A DNA stretch of 63,323 nucleotides, the filler included. It is 8 parts of 8 records of this genome, joined end to end, with 100 filler letters (N's around TTAATTAATTAA, not from the genome) between each part and the next. Parts side by side here need not be neighbours in the genome. Positions count along the whole stretch, not along the records: positions 6,052 to 14,937 come from SRR31156797_26429; positions 15,038 to 28,794 come from SRR31156797_26431; 6 more parts are not named here. One strand, given 5' to 3'. Positions within the stretch are counted from its first letter, which is position 1. The number at the start of each line of letters is the position of its first letter. A program made the position numbers and the translations under genes. Under the pieces are notes generated by a model. The model did no database searches and was not told the DNA's origin. It was given only the letters and a program-made list of their open reading frames with translations. Shown here piece by piece: positions 8,483 through 18,851 of the stretch.

Positions 8483-9330
8483 TGAAAAAAGCGGTTTTAA
8501 TTATTGCTGCGGTGGTTTTTAGTGTGTCATGTGGAAATTTAACACCAGTTGTAAATGCTGTTAATCAAGGTGGAGCCGGGGCGGCAGATACAGTTGTTAC
8601 CACTAAATTAACTAACGCAAAATTTCAAGGAATTGAATATATTGAGGATAGAGTAATAGGTCTCTCTCTAGCAGGAAGTGGCAGAAGTATAGAGCAAAGA
8701 GTAGATTTCTTAGAGGATAAAATTGTTGGAAACAGAAGTAATGACAACGTACTTATTCGTCAAAGAAAACTATATGACTTAGCTTTTTTAGATGGGAGTT
8801 ATTATAGTTTAAATACTAAAGTAGATAATCTTGAAGACTATATGTTCCAGGAAAGATACAGAGAGTTGGATTTGTTAACTAGAATTGAAAAAGTTGAAGA
8901 ATATCTGTTTGGTTATAGAAATAACAGAGCTAGTATTTTAGATAGAATTAATGAAATTTATCAATATTTACTGATTTCTGATAAAGATTTTGTTAAAAAA
9001 GGTCAATTTTTAAAACGTGAAGTTAGTACTATTGAAATTAGACCAATTAGAAAATATGGTAGTCTTGAAGTTGGAGAGATTTTAGAGTTCAACTTAGAAA
9101 AAGAGATAGAAGGAATTGCAAAACCTGGATCAATTGTTATAGGTAAAGTAATTAGTAAAACAAAAGGATCTTTGTTCGATGACGAAAAAGTAACAATTTT
9201 ATTAGGAAAAATTGTGAATGAAGAGAGAAGAGAGATCAGTATCTATAAGAAACTTGAAATTAATGGAAATATCCAAAGAATCTTTGGAGGAAAATACGTA
9301 AGAATAGATGAAATGCTAATAATTGGATAG
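8482..9330 (+). CDS. Putative lipoprotein with helical repeats
   Basis: Signal peptide with lipobox (FSVSC); repeated S(I/L)xxR(V/I)xxLExxxxG units. Confidence 0.7.
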   Translation: MKKAVLIIAAVVFSVSCGNLTPVVNAVNQGGAGAADTVVTTKLTNAKFQGIEYIEDRVIGLSLAGSGRSIEQRVDFLEDKIVGNRSNDNVLIRQRKLYDLAFLDGSYYSLNTKVDNLEDYMFQERYRELDLLTRIEKVEEYLFGYRNNRASILDRINEIYQYLLISDKDFVKKGQFLKREVSTIEIRPIRKYGSLEVGEILEFNLEKEIEGIAKPGSIVIGKVISKTKGSLFDDEKVTILLGKIVNEERREISIYKKLEINGNIQRIFGGKYVRIDEMLIIG

Positions 9331-9363
9331 AAACAATTAGTATTTTGATTAGAGAGGAATGAA

Positions 9364-10551
9364 ATGGCGACAAGAGTAATACTTAAAAAAGGAAAAGATG
9401 GAAAAATAAGAAACTTTTATCCTAATGTTTTTAAGGATGAAGTAAAAGCAGTAATGGGGAAATACGAAACTGGTGATATTGTAGAGGTTTGCGATGAGAA
9501 TCTTAAATTTGCCGGGAAAGGTTATATAAACGATAATACAAATATTTTGGTTAGAGTTTTAACAACTAATCAAGATGAAGTAGTAGATAAGAAATTTTTT
9601 GAAAGAAAAATAAAAAATGCTTTTCAAAGAAGACAATATCTTAAGGCTGAAACAAATGCAACTAGGATTTTCTTTTCTGAAGCAGATGGAATTCCGGGTC
9701 TGATAGTAGATATGTTTGACAGATATCTATCAGTTCAGTTCAGAAATTCGGGAATTGAAGTTTATAAAAAAGAGATAATAAATGCATTTAAGAAAATAGC
9801 GAAACCTTTAGGGATTTATGAAAGATCAGATGTTGAAAACAGAGTTCATGAAGGTGTTGGAGAACAAACAGGTATAATATTCGGAGAGATTCCTGACAAA
9901 ATTATAATGGAAGATAACGGACTAAAATATACTGTTGATATAGTAAACGGACAAAAAACCGGCTTCTTTTTGGACCAAAGAGATTCAAGAAAATTTATAA
10001 GAAATTATTTAAACGAGGATACAAAATTTCTTGATGTTTTCTCTTCAAGTGGAGGTTTCTCAGTTGCAGCATTAAAAGAAGGTTGTAAAAAAGTTACAGC
10101 TATTGATAAAGATAATTATGCACTTCAACTTTGTCATGAAAATTATAAGTTAAATGAATTTACAGATGAGTTTAATACTCTTGAAGGAGATGCTTTTGAG
10201 TTACTAAAAGACATAGTTGATTCAGGAGAAAAATATGATGTTATAACACTAGATCCACCTTCTTTGATAAAGAGAAAAAGTGAGCTTAGAAGAGGGAGAG
10301 ATTTTTTCTTTAGATTGTGTAATGATGCATTTAAGATTGTAAAAGAAGATGGGATTGTTGGAGTTATAACATGTGCTTATAGTATTGCACTTCAAGATTT
10401 AATTGAAGTAAGTAGAATGGCAGCGTCAGAGAATGGTAAAATTTTGGAAGTTGTTGGAATAAATTATCAACCGGCAGATCATCCTTGGATTTTACATATC
10501 CCTGAAACTTTATATCTAAAATGCCTTTGGGTAAAAGTGAGAACAAGATAA
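9364..10551 (+). CDS. Class I SAM-dependent rRNA methyltransferase (RlmI-like)
   Basis: PUA-like N-terminus, EADGIPGL, GQKTGFFLDQR, LDPPS, PETLYLK. Confidence 0.9.
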   Translation: MATRVILKKGKDGKIRNFYPNVFKDEVKAVMGKYETGDIVEVCDENLKFAGKGYINDNTNILVRVLTTNQDEVVDKKFFERKIKNAFQRRQYLKAETNATRIFFSEADGIPGLIVDMFDRYLSVQFRNSGIEVYKKEIINAFKKIAKPLGIYERSDVENRVHEGVGEQTGIIFGEIPDKIIMEDNGLKYTVDIVNGQKTGFFLDQRDSRKFIRNYLNEDTKFLDVFSSSGGFSVAALKEGCKKVTAIDKDNYALQLCHENYKLNEFTDEFNTLEGDAFELLKDIVDSGEKYDVITLDPPSLIKRKSELRRGRDFFFRLCNDAFKIVKEDGIVGVITCAYSIALQDLIEVSRMAASENGKILEVVGINYQPADHPWILHIPETLYLKCLWVKVRTR

Positions 10552-10606
10552 ATTTTAGTTTATTATTAAAATTTATATAGAGAAAATATTTTTTTAGGAG
10601 GAAAAT

Positions 10607-11155
10607 ATGTATATTGATATTGCACTGGCAGTAATTATTTTACTTTTTATAATTATGGGCTTTAGAAGAGGAATTTTAGTTGAGTTTTTATCTTTATTTG
10701 GTTTACTTTTTAATATTGCTTTATCTAAAAAATTAACACCAATAATTTTTGAGCAATTAAAAACAGAAAATAATGGTGAAGTAGCTTCCATGATTATTTA
10801 CGGAGTAGTATTTGCTGTAACATTTGTTGTAGTATCTTTCCTGCTAAAAATTATGAAAAAGAGTTTAGTAAAATCATTTAATAATAAATTATTCAAGGCG
10901 TTAGGAGCATTAGTAGGAGTAATAAAAGGCTTAATACTAATGTCGATTGTTGTGTATGCATGTATTTTTGCCGCAAATTACAGTAAAGCTGTAGAAGAGC
11001 AAGTAAAAACAAGTATTTCTGTAAGTACTTATCAAGAAGTTTCAACGGCAATTTTACCAATGCTTCCTGAAGATGTTGCGGAACTGATAAAAACGTATAC
11101 AGATAAAGAGAAAATGAAAAAAGCGTTAAAGGAGTCACTTGACAAAAAGGGGTAA
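10607..11155 (+). CDS. cvpA: CvpA family membrane protein
   Basis: DI...GFRRG..E N-terminus and LGALVGVIKG motif; about four TM helices. Confidence 0.85.
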   Translation: MYIDIALAVIILLFIIMGFRRGILVEFLSLFGLLFNIALSKKLTPIIFEQLKTENNGEVASMIIYGVVFAVTFVVVSFLLKIMKKSLVKSFNNKLFKALGALVGVIKGLILMSIVVYACIFAANYSKAVEEQVKTSISVSTYQEVSTAILPMLPEDVAELIKTYTDKEKMKKALKESLDKKG

Positions 11156-11161
11156 AATTTA

Positions 11162-12244
11162 ATGAAAACACTTGATAAATATATTTACAAAGAACTGACA
11201 CTACCCATTATTTTTGGTATTAGTTTATTCAGTTTCATGTTTTTAATAGATATGCTTGTTCATATGATGGAAAATTTATTAGTAAAAAGTGTGCCACTTG
11301 GTGACGTGGTCGCACTTCTATCTTATTCACTTCCCCCAATTTTTTCGGAAACTATTCCAATGGGGGTATTTTTAGGTGTAATGATAACTTTTGGTTCGTT
11401 ATCATCAAATAGTGAAATTATAGCCATGGAATCAGTTGGAATTAGCTTGACTAGACTAATAAGACCGACATTTCAACTTAGTTTGGTTTTTATGTCATTT
11501 ATATATTTTCTCCATCAATCTGTTGTGCCACAGGCAGGGAATAATCTAAGACTTCTAAGTAGAAAAATTGCATATACTAAACCTGCAGTTCAATTAGAAG
11601 AAAAAGTATTTGTAACAGGTATTGGAGCATATAGTGTATATATTAATAAATTGGAACCTGATTCAACTATTGCCGAAAGCTTAGTAGTATTAAAAAAAGA
11701 AAAAGGCAGTATCTACCCAACTGTGATGATTTCAGATAAAGCAATTTGGAAAAACTCTAAAATGATTCTTGAGGATGCAGATTTTTATCAAATTGATAGT
11801 ACTGGGGCGGAAGAACTAGAAGGAAAGTTCGAAGAGAGAACTATTCCTATTGCATCTTTCTTTGGAGATTTCACTGGAGAAAAAGTTAGACCACAAAATC
11901 TAAGTATTAGTGATTTGAAAAAAGAGATAATAAAGCTTGAAGCAGCAGGGAAAAAAACAATAAAATACGAAATAGAATATTACAAAAAACTTTTTATACC
12001 AACTTCTATATTAGCCTTACCGGTATTAGGTGTTTTGTTGTCAGTAAAAAACAATAGATCAGGTAAAGGGATCAGTTTTGGTATAAGTATTTTTATTATA
12101 TTTATCTACATCTCAGTAATACAAGCATTTATTATGTTTGCACAAAAAGGCCAATTACCTGCAAAAACGGCAATGGCAATACCTAACATATTGCTGGGCT
12201 TATGTACTGTTTTACTCTATATAAAAAAAACTAGGAGCAGATAG
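11162..12244 (+). CDS. lptF: LptF/LptG family LPS export permease (LptF position)
   Basis: LDKYIYKE start, SEIIAMESVGIS motif, 3+3 TM layout; tandem with its paralog. Confidence 0.85.
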   Translation: MKTLDKYIYKELTLPIIFGISLFSFMFLIDMLVHMMENLLVKSVPLGDVVALLSYSLPPIFSETIPMGVFLGVMITFGSLSSNSEIIAMESVGISLTRLIRPTFQLSLVFMSFIYFLHQSVVPQAGNNLRLLSRKIAYTKPAVQLEEKVFVTGIGAYSVYINKLEPDSTIAESLVVLKKEKGSIYPTVMISDKAIWKNSKMILEDADFYQIDSTGAEELEGKFEERTIPIASFFGDFTGEKVRPQNLSISDLKKEIIKLEAAGKKTIKYEIEYYKKLFIPTSILALPVLGVLLSVKNNRSGKGISFGISIFIIFIYISVIQAFIMFAQKGQLPAKTAMAIPNILLGLCTVLLYIKKTRSR

Positions 12245-13324
12245 ATGAAAAAAATTGATAGATATATTGCAAAAAATTATATAAAATCATGTTTTATCGC
12301 TCTTGCAGCTTTTGTCACAATATTCATTGTAAGTCAGTTATTTAGAACGATTCAATATGTTCTGGATGGCAAAATGACTATAAGTGAAGCACTTTACTAT
12401 ATGAGTTTATCAGTACCTGAAGTTACAATAACTATGATGCCGTTATCGATTGTATTAGGTGGATTACTTATAATGAATAAAATGGCTAGTAATTTAGAAA
12501 TAATTGCATTAAAAACCTCAGGAACAAGTTTCCTGAGAATAATAAGATATCCTTTGATTATTAGTTTTATGATTTCACTTACAATGTTCTGGTTTTATGA
12601 TGATGTAGTAGCACCATCTAATAAAAAAGCAAGAGAGATGAGAAAAGAAAAACTATTTAATCAAATAAAAATTCCCAAAATTAAAGCAGAAATATATATT
12701 AAAGGTGAAGGAAACTATCTTTATTATATTAGGGTTATGAATGGAGATAAAAATATTGCTTCCAATATGCAAATAGTTATTTTAGATGAGAATATGGCTA
12801 AAATAGAGCAAATTGTTACCGCAAAAAAGGGAAGATACAACACAGAACTTGGAAAATGGGTGTTGGAAGATATCGTAATTAATGATATAATAAATAAAAA
12901 ATCTACAATGATAAAAGAGCAAGTTTTTGATTTAATAAAAGAAAAACCAGATGACTTCCTAAGAGATAGAATTCAGGTTAAAGATGCCCAAATCGAAGAA
13001 CTTAGAGATTCTGCATCTTTTATAAAAAGAACAGGTGGAGATGTAAAAAAATTACTTGTTGAACTTTATAAAAGAATGGCATATCCTTTTGCAAGTTTTG
13101 TTGTTAGTTTCTTAGGTTTAGCATTAGGGAGTAACTATGTAAGGGGAGCGTCAGCTTTAAGTATAGCTTTAAGTATAGGCTTGGGGTATTTGTATTTTGT
13201 TGTTCAGGCAACGTTGGAAGCTTTAGCAATAGGTGGTAAAATTTCACCTGCACTAGGTTCATGGATTCCGAATTTGATATTTTTAGCACTTGGAATTTAT
13301 TTTACTTATAGAGCAGAATACTAA
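12245..13324 (+). CDS. lptG: LptF/LptG family LPS export permease (LptG position)
   Basis: IDRYIA start, [11 protein letters not shown] and WIPNLIF motifs. Confidence 0.85.
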   Translation: MKKIDRYIAKNYIKSCFIALAAFVTIFIVSQLFRTIQYVLDGKMTISEALYYMSLSVPEVTITMMPLSIVLGGLLIMNKMASNLEIIALKTSGTSFLRIIRYPLIISFMISLTMFWFYDDVVAPSNKKAREMRKEKLFNQIKIPKIKAEIYIKGEGNYLYYIRVMNGDKNIASNMQIVILDENMAKIEQIVTAKKGRYNTELGKWVLEDIVINDIINKKSTMIKEQVFDLIKEKPDDFLRDRIQVKDAQIEELRDSASFIKRTGGDVKKLLVELYKRMAYPFASFVVSFLGLALGSNYVRGASALSIALSIGLGYLYFVVQATLEALAIGGKISPALGSWIPNLIFLALGIYFTYRAEY

Positions 13325-13387
13325 ATAAATTTTAGTTTATTTCAAAATAAACAATTAACTCATATCCAGTAGAACTTAGGAGGATTA

Positions 13388-14608
13388 ATGTATAAAATCG
13401 AGCATCTTTCAAATGGAATACCAGTATTGATGGAGCAAATAGAGAATAATAAATCGCTAGCAATAGGGGTTTATGTTAAAACAGGTTCAAAATATGAAAA
13501 AAAGAGTGAGTATGGACTTTCACATTTTTTAGAACACATGGTATTTAAAGGAACCGAAACAAGAAGTGCGCTTGAAATATCAGAAGCAATAGATAGAATT
13601 GGCGGGCATATGAATGCTTTTACAAGTAAAGAAATAACAGGATATTATGTATCTTTATTATCAAATTATATAGACACTGGGTTTGAAATTTTGTCAGATA
13701 TGTTATTAAATTCAACTTTTACTGATGAAAATATCGAAAAAGAGAAATCAGTTGTTATTGAAGAGATAAAAATGTACGAAGATGTACCGGAAGATAAAAT
13801 TCATGATGTAAACTGTGAATTTGCAATAAAAGGAAATTGTGCAAACTCTGTTTTAGGAACGATAGACAGTGTTAACTCAATTACAAGAGAAAAGCTGGTA
13901 GAATACTATTCAAATAAATATACAGCAGATAAATTAATTATCTCTATTGCCGGAAATATATCGATTGAAGATGCAATGGCTTTGGCTGAAAAACATTTTG
14001 GAAATTTAGCAAAAAATAAAACTGGAAATAAAGAAGCTTTTGATTTCTCAATAGAAAATGGAGAGAATTTAGTTAAAAAAGAGATTAATCAGATACATTT
14101 ATGTGTAAATACAAAAGGAACGTCATATTTAAAGGATGATAGATATATTCTTTCTATTATTTCAAATATTTTAGGTGGAAATATGAGTTCAAGATTATTT
14201 CAAAAGATAAGAGAGGATAAAGGTTTAGCTTATTCAGTTTATACTTATCTTTCATCTTATTTTGAAGGTGGAATGTTCACTGCTTATGCTGGTACAACAC
14301 AGGATAATTATAGTGAAGTAATTGAGATGATTAAAGAAGAGTTCAAAGATATCAGAGAAAACGGAATAACTGAGGCAGAACTTGAAAAAGCTAAAAATCA
14401 GTTATTGAGTTCACTTATTTTAGGGCTTGAAACAACCAAAGCAAAAATGTCAAGAATGGCTAATTCATATTTGAATTTTGGAAGAATAATTGAATTAGAT
14501 GAGTTAATTGAGAAAGTAAATAAAATTGAACTTGATGATATAAAAAGAGTAGCAAAAGAAGTATTTTCTGAAGAATACTACTCAATAAGTATTTTGGGGG
14601 ATATATAG
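13388..14608 (+). CDS. M16 family (pitrilysin-like) zinc peptidase
   Basis: HFLEH inverted zinc motif, NAFTSKE, SSRLFQKIREDKGLAY. Confidence 0.93.
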   Translation: MYKIEHLSNGIPVLMEQIENNKSLAIGVYVKTGSKYEKKSEYGLSHFLEHMVFKGTETRSALEISEAIDRIGGHMNAFTSKEITGYYVSLLSNYIDTGFEILSDMLLNSTFTDENIEKEKSVVIEEIKMYEDVPEDKIHDVNCEFAIKGNCANSVLGTIDSVNSITREKLVEYYSNKYTADKLIISIAGNISIEDAMALAEKHFGNLAKNKTGNKEAFDFSIENGENLVKKEINQIHLCVNTKGTSYLKDDRYILSIISNILGGNMSSRLFQKIREDKGLAYSVYTYLSSYFEGGMFTAYAGTTQDNYSEVIEMIKEEFKDIRENGITEAELEKAKNQLLSSLILGLETTKAKMSRMANSYLNFGRIIELDELIEKVNKIELDDIKRVAKEVFSEEYYSISILGDI

Positions 14609-14937
14609 TGGAAAGAATAGAAGTAAAAGTAATACTTGAAGATGGAGCAGTTTTACCTGAATATATGACAGATGGTGCTGCCGGAATGGACGTTTATGCA
14701 AATATTCAAGAAGAAGTAGAATTAAAACCTCTTGAAAGAACAATGGTTCCAACTGGATTAAAAGTAGAGATACCATTTGGGTACGAAATTCAAGTAAGAC
14801 CAAGAAGTGGTTTAGCTATAAAACACGGTTTAACAATGATTAATACACCTGGAACAATAGACTCTGATTATAGAGGAGAAGTTAAAATTATTCTTGTAAA
14901 TATTAGTAATGAGGCGTATAATATAAAACCAAAGGAA
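14608..14937 (+). CDS. dut: dUTP diphosphatase, 3'-truncated
   Basis: AAGMD, QVRPRSGLA and PGTIDSDYRGE motifs. Confidence 0.96.
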
Positions 14938-15037
14938 NNNNNNNNNNNNNNNNNNNNNNNNNNNNNNNNNNNNNNNNNNNNTTAATTAATTAANNNNNNN
15001 NNNNNNNNNNNNNNNNNNNNNNNNNNNNNNNNNNNNN
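14938..15037. other. Artificial contig linker
   Basis: N44-TTAATTAATTAA-N44. Confidence 0.99.
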
Positions 15038-16672
15038 CGTTTTGAAGATTTGGTTGCCATGAATGCCTTGTATCGTCCGGGACCAATGGAATACATTCCT
15101 TCCTTTATCCGACGAAAGAATGGAGAAGAGGAGATCGCCTACGATCACCCAATAATGGAGGATTATCTTAAGGATACCTACGGAATTACAGTGTATCAGG
15201 AGCAGGTGATGCTCCAGTCGAGAGCATTGGGACAATTTACTCGTGGTATGTCCGATTCTTTGCGTAAGGCAATGGGTAAGAAGATTATTGCCATGATGGA
15301 TAAACTTAAGGTGGAGTTTATCAATGGCTGTCACGATAACCCAAAATTTATGGAGGGTGTTAGTGGCGATAATGCAAAAGCAGATAAACTGATTGAAAAA
15401 ATTTGGTCAGACTGGGAGGCATTTGCCAAGTACGCCTTTAATAAATCACACTCGGTATGTTACGCTTATATTGCATATCAAACAGGATTTCTTAAAGCTC
15501 ATTACCCAGCAGAATTTATGGCGGCTGTACTAAGTCGTAATTTATCGGATATCACGAAAGTGACTATTTTTATGGATGAGTGCAAGCGAATGGGCTTGAC
15601 AGTACTTGGACCGGATGTAAATGAATCCTATTCAACATTTACCGTAAATAAGGAAGGAGCGATTCGTTTTGGAATGGCTGGTGTTAAAGGTGTTGGAGAG
15701 CAGGCTGTTAATGATATTATTGAAGAACGAAAGAATGGTCCTTTTACAAGTATATTTGATTTTATAGAACGTGTAAACTTAAGATCGGTTAACAAGAGAA
15801 CGCTTGAAAACCTTGCTATGTCAGGTGGATTTGATAGTTTTGGATTGAAGCGTAGCCAATATTTTCAACCCGATGAAATGGATGTTACTTTTATGGAATA
15901 TCTGGTTAAATATGGTAACAAACTTCAAGCTGAGAAAAACAATTCGCAACAAACCTTATTTGGAGGTGTGGAAGATTATGTGGTTACGCCACCAAAAATT
16001 CCAGAGTGTGCAGAGTGGAATAAGCTTGAACGCTTGAATAAAGAGAAAGAGTTAATTGGAATTTATCTATCAGCTCATCCACTTGATGATTACAAATTGG
16101 AAATTGATTCCTTCTGTAATGCTACTTTATCTGAATTGTCGGCAGATATGGCTAACTTTAAGGATAAGGATGTAAATATTGCAGGAATGGTAACTGCTAT
16201 TCGTAGAGGAACTACAAAAAATGGGAATCCTTTTGCAATTGTTAACATTGAAGATTTTACAGATTCGTATGAATTGGCTTTCTTTGCTAAAGATTTTGTG
16301 GAATACAGTAATTATTTCATAGAAGGTTTATCCGTTTTTATAAATGGTAGAGTTCAAACTCGATCTTGGCCCAGAGATTCCACAGAATTGGAATTTAAGG
16401 TGAAAGGTTTTACCCTGTTAACAGAGGTAATCGAGAAAAGAGTGAAGGAAGTTACCATTGAGATTTCCTTACAAAATCTGACTCAAGAATTGGTTACCGA
16501 AATGGTTGCTTGCATGGAAGAAAGTAAAGGGAATTTAAAGGTTAATTTTGTAATTTCTGATGACAAAAACATGAAAGTTAAAATGTTCTCGCGAACTTGT
16601 AAAGTTGAATTGAGGAGTGAATTGATTGAATATTTTAAAAATAATTCGGAAATTAATTTCAAAATTAACTAA
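15038..16672 (+). CDS. dnaE: DNA polymerase III alpha subunit, 5'-truncated
   Basis: ALYRPGP, VYQEQVM, YAFNKSH, PDVNES motifs and OB fold; frame is open from the contig edge. Confidence 0.97.
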   Translation, partial: RFEDLVAMNALYRPGPMEYIPSFIRRKNGEEEIAYDHPIMEDYLKDTYGITVYQEQVMLQSRALGQFTRGMSDSLRKAMGKKIIAMMDKLKVEFINGCHDNPKFMEGVSGDNAKADKLIEKIWSDWEAFAKYAFNKSHSVCYAYIAYQTGFLKAHYPAEFMAAVLSRNLSDITKVTIFMDECKRMGLTVLGPDVNESYSTFTVNKEGAIRFGMAGVKGVGEQAVNDIIEERKNGPFTSIFDFIERVNLRSVNKRTLENLAMSGGFDSFGLKRSQYFQPDEMDVTFMEYLVKYGNKLQAEKNNSQQTLFGGVEDYVVTPPKIPECAEWNKLERLNKEKELIGIYLSAHPLDDYKLEIDSFCNATLSELSADMANFKDKDVNIAGMVTAIRRGTTKNGNPFAIVNIEDFTDSYELAFFAKDFVEYSNYFIEGLSVFINGRVQTRSWPRDSTELEFKVKGFTLLTEVIEKRVKEVTIEISLQNLTQELVTEMVACMEESKGNLKVNFVISDDKNMKVKMFSRTCKVELRSELIEYFKNNSEINFKIN

Positions 16673-16723
16673 ATTGCACTAGTTAAAAATAACATACATA
16701 TAAAACGCTAAAAATAGATTACC

Positions 16724-17041
16724 ATGACAATTGAAGTAAACGATTCTAATTTCGAAGAAGTTGTATTGAAATCAGATAAGCCAGTATTGGTTGACTTCTG
16801 GGCAGAATGGTGTGGTCCTTGTAGAATGGTTGGCCCAATTGTGGACGAACTTTCACAAGATTACGACGGTAAAGTTGTAGTAACCAAATTGGATGTGGAT
16901 AGCAGTCCTGCAACTTCCGCTAAATTTGGAATCCGAAACATTCCTACTGTTCTTTTCTTTAAGGGCGGAGAAGTTGTTGACAAACAAGTTGGAGCAGTTC
17001 CAAAATCAAGCTTAGCTGAAAAAATTGACGCTCTATTGTAA
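16724..17041 (+). CDS. trxA: Thioredoxin
   Basis: DFWAEWCGPC active site. Confidence 0.97.
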   Translation: MTIEVNDSNFEEVVLKSDKPVLVDFWAEWCGPCRMVGPIVDELSQDYDGKVVVTKLDVDSSPATSAKFGIRNIPTVLFFKGGEVVDKQVGAVPKSSLAEKIDALL

Positions 17042-17060
17042 GAGAGTATTCAAAATATTC

Positions 17061-17094
17061 AGGGCATAGAACGTGGTTTCTATGCCCTTTTTTT
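17061..17094 (+). terminator. Rho-independent terminator
   Basis: AGGGCATAGAA-cgtggt-TTCTATGCCCT followed by a T tract. Confidence 0.85.
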
Positions 17095-17119
17095 ATCTTT
17101 AAAAAATAAAACTTCAACT

Positions 17120-18040
17120 GTGAAACAACTTTCTGATTTTATACAATTTGAAGAGTTTGATAATTTGGAAATTCTTGCCAAACAGATTGTCGAGGGATTT
17201 TTAATTGGATTGCATCGTAGTCCTTATCATGGTTTTTCAGTTGAATTTGCCGAGCATCGTTTGTACAATAAAGGAGAATCTACCAAGCACATCGATTGGA
17301 AATTGTATGCTCGAAGCGATAAGATGTTTGTGAAACAATTCGAAGAGGAGACCAATCTTAGAGCCCATATTGTTCTAGACACTTCTTCGTCGATGTTATT
17401 TCCTTACAATAAAAAAAGCCAATCGAAATTGAGCTATTCGGTGCTTTGTAGTGCGGCTCTTGTTCATTTACTTCGAAAGCAACGAGATGCAGTTGGTTTG
17501 TGCACTTTTTCAGATCAAATAGATATTATGACTCCTGCAAAATTGTCCATGACTCATGCTCAATCTTTGTATGCTCATTTGAATAAAATTTATCATGCCG
17601 AGGGGATCGATACCAATCGTGAAACCAGAATTTCGGATGCTTTGCATCAGTTGGCAGAGAGCTTGCACAAAAGATCATTGGTGATTGTTTTTTCAGATTT
17701 TACAGGAACAGAAACTCCCAAAGAATTGATGGAAGCCCTACAGCACCTTAGATTCAACAAACATGAAGTGCTTTTGTTTTCAGTTAGAGATGTTGAATTG
17801 GAGTCAGATTTCAATTTTGAGAATCGTCCAACTCATTTTATTGATTTGGAAACAGGAGAAAATCTGAAATTAAACCCTCATGAAATTCGTGATTTATATC
17901 AGAAAGAGCAGAAAAACTTTCTTGACGAGTTGAAATTACTTTGTGGGCAATTTTCTATCGATTTTATCGAAGCTGATATCCGAAGAGAGTTTAATACAGT
18001 TCTGCAAGCCTATCTTTTAAAGAGAAAGAAATTGATGTAG
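17120..18040 (+). CDS. DUF58 domain (vWA-like) protein
   Basis: GLHRSPYHGFSVEFAEHRLY, IDWKLYAR, DTSSSM, SDF motifs. Confidence 0.92.
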   Translation: MKQLSDFIQFEEFDNLEILAKQIVEGFLIGLHRSPYHGFSVEFAEHRLYNKGESTKHIDWKLYARSDKMFVKQFEEETNLRAHIVLDTSSSMLFPYNKKSQSKLSYSVLCSAALVHLLRKQRDAVGLCTFSDQIDIMTPAKLSMTHAQSLYAHLNKIYHAEGIDTNRETRISDALHQLAESLHKRSLVIVFSDFTGTETPKELMEALQHLRFNKHEVLLFSVRDVELESDFNFENRPTHFIDLETGENLKLNPHEIRDLYQKEQKNFLDELKLLCGQFSIDFIEADIRREFNTVLQAYLLKRKKLM

Positions 18041-18128
18041 AATTAATCGGGTAATAATTTTTAAGTTCCCAATGTTTCATTTATTTTTATTGAGAACTAG
18101 TGCTATCCATTAAATGTAGGATCTCTCA

Positions 18129-18851
18129 ATGAAGAATATCGTATTCGTTTTATGTTTTTTTCTTTTTATCGCGTGTGAGCAGCGATCGGATCGCAATTCG
18201 CAACAGGATGAAAATTTTATTGAGAATGGCGTACTGAAAAAATATGATGCTCAGAACCGACTTTCGGCAGAGGTTACCTATAAAAATGGCGTTCGACATG
18301 GAGTAACTCGTATTTATTATTCATCTGGTGCATTAAGTGATGAGATAATGTATGTTGGCGATGAAAAACATGGTTTGGCGAAAAAGTATCACAAAAATGG
18401 GAAGATTTACAGTTTAACTCCTTATTTGAAAGACGAGAAAGATGGAATCCAGAAAAAATACTACGCCAATGGCAAACTTTGGGCTGAAACTCCTTACATG
18501 AGAGGTCAGGCAGGTATCGGCTTAAAAGAATACAAGCGCGATGGAAGTTTGCGAGATAAATTTCCTTCTATTGAGGTTCAAAAGCTGGTAAAGTCCGATA
18601 AGGTAATTTTAAAATTTTTTCTTACCAATTACTCGAAAAATGTTGTGTTTTATGTTACCGATTTAATGCACGATAAATACATTCCAATGGCGGCTAAGCC
18701 TTTGTATGCAAAAGAGGGATCGGTTAGATATGAATTGCCATTAAAGCAAGGATTATCTATGGATATGACAGTGAGTATTGTTGCCAAATATCAAACTCAG
18801 GATTATAATATTTACGTTTCGAAACGTGATTATCGTATTCTGGTTAATTAA
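18129..18851 (+). CDS. MORN-variant (YwqK-like) repeat lipoprotein
   Basis: Lipobox FIAC; repeated G...YYxxGxL units. Confidence 0.8.
   Translation: MKNIVFVLCFFLFIACEQRSDRNSQQDENFIENGVLKKYDAQNRLSAEVTYKNGVRHGVTRIYYSSGALSDEIMYVGDEKHGLAKKYHKNGKIYSLTPYLKDEKDGIQKKYYANGKLWAETPYMRGQAGIGLKEYKRDGSLRDKFPSIEVQKLVKSDKVILKFFLTNYSKNVVFYVTDLMHDKYIPMAAKPLYAKEGSVRYELPLKQGLSMDMTVSIVAKYQTQDYNIYVSKRDYRILVN

Noticed and set aside
18129-18851. YwqK-like antitoxin of a toxin-antitoxin system
   Set aside because: It is a lipoprotein with MORN-variant repeats and has no adjacent toxin gene.
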